DNA of 64,000 nucleotides, taken from assembly GCA_012295275.1 (NCBI GenBank), contig CM022671.1, positions 11,470,001-11,534,000 on the forward strand, in the 5' to 3' direction. Positions 1 through 11,100 of the stretch are shown here, piece by piece. Positions within the stretch are counted from its first letter, which is position 1. Each line of letters opens with the position of its first letter. The DNA is from Chrysomallon squamiferum. Taxonomy: Eukaryota > Animalia > Mollusca. The notes beneath the pieces were generated by a model. That model was not told the DNA's origin, did not search any database, and was given only the letters and a program-made list of their open reading frames with translations. The translations under genes were made by a program, and so were the position numbers.

Positions 1-804
1 TCATCAAGCAGTTTCTGAAAATAGAGATCCTTGGCTATCAAAATCAACAGTTAAAAATAATTTAATACAACAATGCAGGGACAACCCTCTCTCCTGCCTG
101 ACTAAAACAACACACAACTCAACAGCAAATATTCATAGTAAAAGATGTTTAAAAAGCCGATTTTTACACATTTTGTACAGTGATTGGTTGAAATGTTACT
201 GTCTGCTGTTACCTAATTATTATTATTAGAAATGTTGAAAATGGTTCACTGTTAAGTGCATAAATAGTTACAACATTGGAATATCCAATCCAGCAGAATA
301 TAAAAACTTGTGTTTTCACATACTTACCAGTTACACTAACATATTGATGATGTATGGGAACAATTAAAAATAATAATAATATTTAAAGAAAAATAGGTAT
401 TTAAACTTAACCTTCATATAACCATCTATCTATCATCCATTGGCTTTCCACTATTTTTGACCTTACTATATTTTTTTCTTTGCCAAACTTTTTGTAATGA
501 TCACAGAAAAGAACATTAGTAATATATATATATATAACAGCTCCAGCAAAGCAATAACCATTTCAGACATGTAATTAATTATTTTGCATTTATATTAATC
601 ACATCGAAATGTTGATCATTTGACAGTAGAAGTAATTTGAACAGACTGAATTATTTAAAATATTTTTTTTTGTATCTAATGAAAACAAGAAAATATCTGT
701 TACTGTTTCGATACAGACACACATATTTTTGTTTGTTTGTACATTAATAAAATATTCTCAAAACACCTAAAGACCAATCCATCATGTTGGGTTTTTAGAG
801 TAAT

Positions 805-980
805 CCACATTCCAGCCAGTGCTTCATAACAAAGACTGTTTTGTATTATCATGTCTATGGGATGGTGTACATCAAAGATTCCTCGCTACTAATTGGAAAG
901 AGTTGACAGTAGGTTTCCTTCTTCATTTGAGTGTCCATTTGTAAATCTGTTTAGTGCATTATTAAATACATTATTTCCTC
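805..980 (+). mobile_element. Degenerate SINE body (Deu/Nin-core-like)
   Basis: ttccagccagtgct..tgtctatgggatggtgtacatcaaagattcctcgctactaattggaaagag..ggtttcct..gtttagtgcattattaaata resembles, from memory, a gastropod tRNA-SINE consensus. Related pieces occur at 60060-60290 and 60790-60900. Confidence 0.5.
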
Positions 981-2685
981 TCATCCATAAAATACTTTAA
1001 AATGGTTAATACAGAGAATCACCAATGTATAGTGACATCTGTGTTGGTTTGTTAATGCACATTAATCAGGCTGCTTGAGTTCATTCTTGGTATAATCAGG
1101 TTAAGATTCTACCACATTTGATTTTCCTGTAATTACTTTGAATGAGTTTGAAATAGGATTGGTTGGTAACATAAAAGAACTAGTTACTTGTCCAGTCAGT
1201 TATTTTACTTGTTAAACAAGTGATTTTACTTCTTCTGGGCAGCTGGACAGTAACTGATTTTGAGTCACCCTCTCATTCATACACACATACAAATACAAAC
1301 AAAATGGCTGACATAAGCACCTGTGAGACACAGACTTTATTGTTCATATACAAAAACATATTTTGAAGAAAATAGTAAATGTGATTATTATTTTAAAAGA
1401 CAAACCACAAGTTTAAAAAATTAAAGGCTTCCAGTTCTTACCAATATTAATTTATATACATTATATTAAAATGATAAAAAAAATATTTTTTAAATATACT
1501 TTCTGAACATTTTCCAAATGGTATAAATTTTGCTGGCATAAATATTCAAGCCAGAATATTAAATAAACATTAAATTATTTCAAAATAAAAATAATTTTAA
1601 AAATGTTGTCTTCTGTAAACAAAGTGAATTACACACATATTATTTTTCTTTTTCTTTATTTTACTTTATCAACATTTTAAAGTTTTGTGAATAACTTAAA
1701 AATAATAATTATAATTATTAGTATTATAAATACTGACTATAATCATAAAAAGCAAAATGGAAGGGAAAATAAAAACAGTAAATAATTTACAGCTTCAGAA
1801 TTGTCTACCATGACAACTTACTACAATACCAAACAGTCACTGAGATAGAAATTCTAAATATTAGTAGGAACTCTAACAACTAGCTTCTTGTTAGCACTTA
1901 ATCTCAGTTATAAAAAAAAAGTTTAATATAGTATCTGACATTGTAATTAACATTAAATGTTTTACAAATATAAGAAACAGTAATTTATTATTTTGATGCT
2001 TTAAAATATTATTTATACATTTTTTCATTGATAGTATAAATCAAACACTTAATTATATTTTTAATATATTTACACACAAACAATTGTTAATAAACATATT
2101 AGGAAATTAAAAAAATTAACTTGCATAGTTGTTAGTCTCAAGGTCTTCAAACAAAAATTTACAATCTCTAGATTAAGATTTTCATTAAAGTTAATATTTA
2201 TCTCAGGGTATCTAATAAAATTAAGAGTTATTTATAAAGACTGAAATAATAATAAATTCGAAATTCAAAGCAAAACAAAAACAACACAGTAGCATATAGA
2301 ACTGTTTAAAGAGGGAGGATCTGAGTTGATCTAATTTTGAAAGACAGTAATGTTAATTAACATGGTGTTAAAACACATTATTCATCTCAAGGATGTTTTA
2401 TATTCAGTATGCGACAATCAAAGTAAACTGTCTTGACCAAATCCATGCATATTTTGTTATCAGCAATGCTGCAATTATTTATCTTAAATGTATAGGTTTT
2501 TTTTTCTTCTTTTTTTATAAATATAAAAGAAATAATATTTAACTAAAATGCTGGACTGCTTAATGTTCATCGTTTTCAACTTCAGGTCTTGTTTGTTTGG
2601 ATCTGGTTCATCAAAACTGTCAAGTTAAAAAAGAGGAAGACTTGTTTCTGGGAAAGTGTTGGCATTGTTAGTTTACTGATTCATA

Positions 2686-5643
2686 TTATGGTGCATCCAG
2701 ACATTTAATTACTTCAACCTGACCATGATCAAGAGTAAAAAACTCCTCCATGAATCCTTTTTGTTTTAGTATTACTGCTATTTTCTCTTTGGGTTCCATG
2801 TATGGCTAAAAGAAAACCATAATGAAATGTCAAAAAAACATACTCTTCTAAATACAAATTTTAAACAATAATATTACACACAGTAATAATAATTATATGG
2901 CACTAGAAGTCAGGTTAATTCTAAATTCCTTTCATTTAGGGTATTTATATATGTATGGATGTATTGATGCCTTTTTGTAAATATTGTTTTTTGCCTTTAT
3001 ACATACTTGATTCAAATTTCTTAGAAAATATAATGATAAATGTTTATATTATGTTGAGTGATACAAAACATCAAATACTCCTTAGATATGCTGACTCATT
3101 CTTTTCAGTGTAATCACTATTTGACCAAAAAATAAAAAATAAAATAAACAAATAACAAAATACAATGAAATGCCTACTCACTAAATAAACTATCATGTTT
3201 TAAATGTTTAACATCTGAAATCAAATAACCAAATTTACAAAAAGTAATAACTTGCCTCGTAAGTCAGTTTGAATGTTCCCCAGTGAATGCCCAATGACCT
3301 CTCTGCTTTGACATCTTGATGGATTTTGATGGCTTCTTCGGGGTTCACATGTTGAGCTTTCATGAATTCTCTGAAAACAAACATTAAAATGTAATTTCCA
3401 AAACATTTGTTGATATTAAGGAAATGATTTCTAACCATAGTTTACAAATAAAATAAACAATAAACCATTCCTTCATTTCATCATTATTAAATTATTTCTC
3501 TAAATGATATTTTTCTGTTTATTTATAAAGTAAATATATGATAAAAAAATATAAAGCTATGCTGACAAAGCTCATTAAGGCTGCAACAAATAAAAATTTA
3601 TTCTGTGAAATGTTTTTAATTCAGCATTAATTTTGGAACAGAGAACAAATCATTGATTTATTATACACCATTTTTAGCAAATAATAATTTATTTCACACT
3701 GCTCTCAGTAGAACAGAAAAGTGTTTGTAAATTATCTGTTTTAGTTTTATAACCTCAGACAAATGAAATTACTCTATTCAAATTCTGCATTTAGATATGT
3801 AACATTTGAACTATACATCAATAATTTTTAAACCAAATTTAATATTCTAATATGAAGTGAACATTTAGAGAGACACTACTAGTATGTTTTAGTGGGTCAT
3901 ATTAGTGAACTACCAGCAAATGGAATTACAGTGTAATTTGTATGGCCAGCATAAATATTTATTTCAATAACATGAAACGTGGACATACAAGTAAATACAT
4001 TATTATCAAAAAATAACTTCATTTTATTTACCTTACATTATTGTAATTATTTCCATAAATGATATATTTATGATAAAAACATCAACAATATTTTTACCGT
4101 GGTTCACAAGCTCCAATAGGAATGGCAGCCAGTGAGAACTTCCCATATTTTTTTCCAATTGTTTTAAAAACTGGACAGTAACCAGTATCCCCAGCAAAGT
4201 AAAATTTATGTCTGGGTCCAATGACAGCCCAGCTACACCACAGAGTCTGAATCATAAGCAAAATTAAAATATTAATAATAATAATTGAAATCTGTTATAG
4301 ACACCACAAAACAATAAAAATTATTAATTTATTAGAAGTTAAAGTACCAAATTATTAATAACAGTTACTAACATTTTGGCAAAAAACTGACTCATATTTT
4401 TGGAAACCAAAAGCCTTGGAAAAGTTTTGGTAAGTTATAATTTTATAAATAATATATTTCATGAAAAGATAAAAACAAAGTACCCTGTTAGTGTCAAACA
4501 TTCCTCGTTTGCTCCAGTGTTGACATGGCAAACAAACAAAGGTGACCTTCTTTTCATTTATATCATCAGTTTTTTCATCCCACCATGAAAGCTCCACCAC
4601 ATTTTCACATTTCTCTTTCTCCAGCCATGATTTTAGTTTCATTGGGACGTACCACCTGAGAGTTTTCCCATATTTTTTCTTGGAGTTTTCTCACAGAGTC
4701 AACATCCAGATGGTCATAATGATTATGGCTTATCAGAACTGCATCAATGTTTGGCAAATCCTCAATTTTACATGGCGTTGGTCTGTATCGTTTAGGAGAC
4801 AACAATGTCTGGAACAAAATCTGATTTTATTCCACCACACCTTTCACTGAAAATAGGATCAGTTAAAACGGTGAATCCATCAAACTGTACCAGGACAGTG
4901 GCGTGTCCAATCCACAAGGTGCGTATTCCTCTTTCTGGTGACTCCTTAAACTCATCAAGATTTGGCTTCCTTACTGGCAGACTCTTATCCAGTTCCTGAC
5001 AAAATTATGAACCATATTAATGTATATTGACATTAAACATGTACTTTTAAATCTGAAAAATATTTTTGATTTTCTTTAATGTAGATGTTAAGACAGCAGT
5101 ATTTGTTGTTAATTATATTAATGTCTAAAAATTCCTGTTTAAAGACACACATTCAAGTTTATTTTTAAATCTACTTTTCAACAAAACTTTTTCAGTTGTA
5201 ACATTTGGCAGACATACAAAAGAAAAACCATCATGAATTTCGTTTTTGTTAGCTTAGACTAGCTGTCAGTTTTTGAATATCATTCAGTTTACACTATAAC
5301 AAATTTTAATAGGAAGGTGTGTGTGTATGTGTGAACAGAAAAGAAAATTACATCATTCATGTATACATTAAAAAATTAAACAATAAACAAAATGTGTGAA
5401 CAAACCTGTTTACATTTAGGAATATTACTGAAATCTTTGTCAATAAAAATAAATTTAAACAGCTGCCAAGGTTTGCTGCTGGGAACACCTGTCCATTCGA
5501 GCCAAGGGTTATCATAACTGAAAAAGTGTATCTTAGGTTTGACTTCTCCATAAATGTCTGCATTATGTTCCTGGCAAAAGAATGAATTATACTAGTATTT
5601 CAGTTGTTTGTTTGTTTATTCTCACTCTTGTTTTCTTTTTCTG

Positions 5644-5675
<32 letters not shown>

Positions 5676-5929
5676 TATATATATATATATATATTTAAAA
5701 TATTTTTCAGCTATAACTATTATGTATTTCAAAAAGTGCTTAACATCTTCAAAATATAAAAATATTTTCTTTGTATCAGATAGCAATCAATACTTAGTGA
5801 TGAAAATAATGGTCTGAAAATCCAATCTGAATTCCATTTAAAATATTACTATGTCTATTCAAAAATAAATAATTAAAACTGTCATTTAATAGTTTCATTT
5901 GTTGCAGAATTTTCTGCTGTTTAAAAACA

Positions 5930-5960
<31 letters not shown>

Positions 5961-6161
5961 AATATTAATGTTAAAAATGTTTTAAATAATTCAAATTACT
6001 TGCACACATGCATGCACCTACAAACAAACCTGTTTTCTAAAAAATGAAATCAGCCAGTTTATTATGTAACTAAACATTTTCCAAGTCTTTCTTATCAGTT
6101 CTATCTGGGGAAGCATGTGAGAGGATCTGGCCTTGTCAGATATGATTTTTTTTATCAACAT
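2686..6161 (-). pseudogene. NAPEPLD: NAPE-PLD-like MBL-fold hydrolase, copy A; frameshifted as assembled (pseudogene or sequencing error)
   Basis: Coding exons on minus: 6161-6030, 5570-5406 (..YDNPWLEW..), 4995-4484 ([31 protein letters not shown]), 4246-4098 (LWCSW, FAGDTGY, PIGACEP), 3370-3256 ([14 protein letters not shown]), 2805-2686 (PYMEP..FFTLDHG..CLDAP*). Splice phases are consistent. The large exon is 512 nt versus 510 nt in copy B: extra A at 4799 (gives ..DIVVS* before the HxHxDH motif) and an extra T in the T-run at 4673-4678. Confidence 0.85.
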
Positions 6162-6582
6162 CCATGGATTTGTTTTCTAGAAATAACAATAACAGTCACA
6201 TAAATAATACTTGTAATAGCTATGATACTAATATCAACAAAGTCAGTAATAACAACTGTATCATTCCTTTAGTCTAGTTTAGAAATATTGCATTATTGTC
6301 TTTCTATTTTTCAACACTTTTTGGTATCGATTTCATAATAAAAAATAAATAAATAAATAAGTATAAACAAAAAACAAGACGTCTGATAAAAAAAAAAAAA
6401 AAAGAGAAGAAATAATAATAATACGATTTAAAGAATATACACATTTTATTAAATATTTTAGATAATTTAACATAGCATTTTAGTTTTTCAACCAATGAAG
6501 AAACAAACTATATTTAATCATTGCAAAACATTAAGAAAAATTTGCGCTGACAAAGCCATGATCTAACCTGTAGGATTAAGTT

Positions 6583-6606
6583 GTAGTAGTAGTAGTAGTA
6601 GTAGTA

Positions 6607-6664
<58 letters not shown>
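6583..6664. repeat. Compound (TAG)n(TAA)n microsatellite immediately inside intron 1 of copy A
   Basis: Directly visible. Confidence 0.95.
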
Positions 6665-6665
<1 letters not shown>

Positions 6666-6671
6666 TTTGAC

Positions 6672-6760
6672 CTTCTTTCCTTAACGCAATCAGGAAATAT
6701 TTATCGAAGTGGTTTTGTCAGTTTCGGTTTCATTTTCTTCATTGCTACACTTCCGATGTT
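6672..6760 (-). promoter_or_regulatory. Putative non-coding first exon / proximal promoter of copy A with IRF/ISRE-type and ETS-type motifs
   Basis: Donor AAG|GTCAAA at 6672/6671. AGTTTCGGTTTCATTTTC at 6720-6737, CAGGAAAT at 6691-6698, ACTTCCG at 6749-6755. Homologous to 12710-12780. Confidence 0.6.
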
Positions 6761-8170
6761 CATATAATATAAATTAACATAAATATTAAAAATAATCTTA
6801 CAAGCAGCAAATAATATTTTACTTAATAAAACGCGTTTTAAATTATTCATCACTTGATTTTCCAATAAAAAGTAATATTTTTAAAATTTATTTTGTTTGC
6901 GCATGACGCAATACTGAAACTATGAATAAACTAGTTGCTACTTGTTAATTAACCCGATGGGCTAAATAAAAGAATATTTTGCCGAAGTACGAATTACTCC
7001 GCCCTGATGTTATATAAACCTTTCCACCGTAAATAATTACAGGAAGCTTTTCTAGGTGTGGCGCAAAGCTCTCTCGGAACTAATCGGTATACAATACACC
7101 AATTATTATTATTACTTTGTAAATGTAATTCAAAGACTTCAAAATATGACCGAAAACGCAGTACACATCATCCAGAAGCATTTCTGTATAAACCATAGTC
7201 AATAGTGTAATAGATTCTGGCTTGAGAGAGAAGCGTGCCTGTCGTAGACGTGCATCACAACAGCTCGCTCTGATTAGCACGTTGTTTTTCTGTCTGTGTA
7301 ATGAATTGATTTTAAGTTGTTAAAACCTGAAATCAGTGCACACAGGTGCAGTGTTAGAGAAGAAAAAAAAAGAAGATAATCGAGGTAAATGATTTGCGAT
7401 TGTGTTTATTAAAATCACAAACGGATCCCAATCTGCCTACTACACTGGCTCAACTCCGTGTCTGAGCAGTAGATCCACATGAACATATTATACATTGACA
7501 CAAAAAAGTACTCAAGGCCAAACAAATATAAGTTCAAACAGTAAATTTAGCAACTGGGTATTACTGCAGTTTAGATTGTCAGCAGAGTTTTACTAATATT
7601 TGTATTTACACAGACAACAAAATTACACATATACACACGTCAGGGTAACATATATATACACTGATATAAACAGCAATACTTATAATAAAAATATATAGTT
7701 ACGTAAGAATATAAATATTTATGGATATACAAATAAAAATACAACAAAGTACTGAACAATATTATTACAGTGCACAACAAACCATCACAGGAATTAACAC
7801 AAACTAAAAAATGTTATCAAGAAAATAACAGGTACTTTTCTCTTGAAAATGGTTAATCTCGGGAATGATATTTATTGATCATTAACTATATTAATCTTTA
7901 TTATTATTGTGTAACTGAATACAAAGTTCATCTATAAATTTCTATAACTAAAGCAAAATCCAAATGTAACTTGAAAGCTTAAAAAGGTTTGTAATTAATA
8001 ACAAATTTTTTTAAAATTTTGCCACATTATCTCATTCATCAGATTAAGGTGAAAATCATGTTTTGCTTTTGATAAAGATGTGATTTTCCAGCTGATTCAA
8101 TATCAGTATGGTTTGTTCTTCAAGTGACAGTGGATGAAGAATTGATTCTGTAGAAGTCTCGACACTAGTG

Positions 8171-11100
8171 TTATATTTGCTGCATGTTTGCTGCATCCAG
8201 ACATTTAATTACTTCAATCTGACCATGATCAAGAGTAAAAAACACCTTCTCCATGAATCCTTTTTGTTTTAGTATTTCAGCTATTTTCTCTTTCGGTTGC
8301 ATGTATGGCTAAAATTAAATAAGATTGAAATATCATAAAATGACTAGTAATAACAGTAATCATAATCAGTATTAACTGATATATTTGAAAATAACTTCTA
8401 CAAAGATCTGAATGAAATACTTGATTGCAATCTGCTTAGCAGTTAATTTAGAGGTAGCATAATTTATCTTTTAATGAGGTCAGTTTAATTGTGTAAAATT
8501 TAATTCAGTTTATAAAGTGAAACAGTCATCTATGTATTCATTTAGTCTCATGTTTGTCATTTACATAGATATTTAATTTTCTCATACCGAACTAATTTAC
8601 CAAACTAGCTTTATGTTAGCATCTACAACCATACGCAATACATTTGGTTTTGAATGTCCTTTAGTAGTGTTCAGTCCACGATCACTTACCTTGAAAATGA
8701 AATTACTGTAAGTTCATTTCCTAAATCATTTAAATATATCATGTGATAATTATCCAGTGGTTTATAAGATTGTTCAGTGTAACAAATTAACTAATGAAAC
8801 AAATAACAAAATATAACAAATTACCTAATCAAACAAAAAACAAAATTAATAAAACAAATTACCTAATGAAACAGATAACAAAATATAACACATTCCTAAT
8901 GGAACAAATAACAAAAGTAATATAAGAAGTTACCTAAAGAAACAAATAACAAACTATAACAAATTCCTTAATGAAACAAATAACAAAAGTAATTGAAAAA
9001 TTACCTAATGAAACAAATAACAAAAGCAATATGACAAATAACAAAAGCAATATGACAAATAACAAAAGCAATAAAACAAATTATCTAATCAAACAAATAA
9101 CAAAAGTGATAAAAGAAATTACATAATCAAACAAATAACAAAAGTAATAACAAACCTCCTAATCCATGAAATAACAAAAGTAGTAATGTATTGTTACAAA
9201 TTTTTAAACTAAGAAATCACTTTTATGCAAATTGTACAAGCATATTCATGAAAGAATAACTTGCCTCATAAGTCAGTTTGAATGTTCCCCAGTGAATGCC
9301 CAATGACCTCTCTGCTTTGACATCTTCATGGATTTTGATGGCTTCTTCAGGGTTCACATGCTGAGCTTTCATGAATTCTCTAAAAACAAAAAAATATTTT
9401 TCCAATATTTTTGTTGATACTAAGGAAATGTCTGTAACAAAGTTGTAATCATGATTATTCAGACATATGTGATATCACAGTAATTAATATTTTATCTCTG
9501 TGACACATAATATTTTTTTTCCTGTGTTATAATATAATTTATGGCTCTATTTACCTTGGCTCATAAGCTCCAATAGGAATGGCAGCCAGTGAGAACTTCC
9601 CATATTTTTTTCCAATTGTTTTAAAAACTGGACAGTAACCAGTATCCCCAGCAAAGTAAAATTTATGTCTGGGTCCAATGACAGCCCAGCTACACCACAG
9701 AGTCTGAATCATAAGCAAAATTAAAATATTAATAATAATAATTGAAATCTGTTATAGACACCACAAAACAATAAAAATTACTAATTTATTAGAAGTTAAA
9801 GTACCAAATTATTAATAACAGTTACTAACATTTTGGCAAAAAACTGACTCATATTTTTGGAAACCAAAAGCCTTGGAAAAGTTTTGGTAAGTTATAATTT
9901 TATAAATAATATATTTCATGAAAAGATAAAAACAAAGTACCCTGTTAGTGTCAAACATTCCTCGTTTGCTCCAGTGTTGACATGGCAAACAAACAAAGGT
10001 GACCTTCTTTTCATTTATATCATCAGTTTTTTCATCCCACCATGAAAGCTCCACCACATTTTCACATTTCTCTTTCTCCAGCCATGATTTTAGTTTCATT
10101 GGGACGTACCACCTGAGAGTTTTCCCATATTTTTCTTGGAGTTTTCTCACAGAGTCAACATCCAGATGGTCATAATGATTATGGCTTATCAGAACTGCAT
10201 CAATGTTTGGCAAATCCTCAATTTTACATGGCGTTGGTCTGTATCGTTTAGGAGCAACAATGTCTGGAACAAAATCTGATTTTATTCCACCACACCTTTC
10301 ACTGAAAATAGGATCAGTTAAAACGGTGAATCCATCAAACTGTACCAGGACAGTGGCGTGTCCAATCCACAAGGTGCGTATTCCTCTTTCTGGTGACTCC
10401 TTAAACTCATCAAGATTTGGCTTCCTTACTGGCAGACTCTTATCCAGTTCCTGACAAAATTATGAACCATATTAATGTATATTGACATTAAACATGTACT
10501 TTTAAATCTGAAAAATATTTTTGATTTTCTTTAATGTAGATGTTAAGACAGCAGTATTTGTTGTTAATTATATTAATGTCTAAAAATTCCTGTTTAAAGA
10601 CACACATTCAAGTTTATTTTTAAATCTACTTTTCAACAGAACATTTTCAGTTGTAACATTTGTCAGACATACAAAAGAAAAACCATGAATTTCTTTTTTG
10701 TTAGCTTAGACAAGATGTCATTTTTTGAAAATTGGCAGATACTGAAATAAATAACAAATAATTATCACATCTCTGAATACCATTCAATTTATACTATTAA
10801 CAAATATTACTAGGAAATTGTTGTTTTGTTTTGTGTGTAAATAGAAAAGAAAATGACATCATTTGCATATATAGATATATAAAATATTTTAAAAATTAAA
10901 CAGTAAACAAAATGTGTGATCAAACCTGTTCAGATTCAGGAATATTACTGAAATCCTCGTTCCAAAGAATAAACTTTGACAGCTGCCAAGGTTTGCTGCT
11001 GGGAACACCTGTCCATTCGAGCCAAGGGTTATCATAACTGAAATAGTGTACCTTAGGTTTGACTTCTCCATAAATGTCTGCATTATGTTCCTGGCAAAAG

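Noticed and set aside
7080-7480. CpG-containing stretch with a 66-aa ORF and a plus-strand donor at about 7385
   Set aside because: No recognisable protein or RNA motif. Could be an enhancer or lncRNA start, but unsupported.
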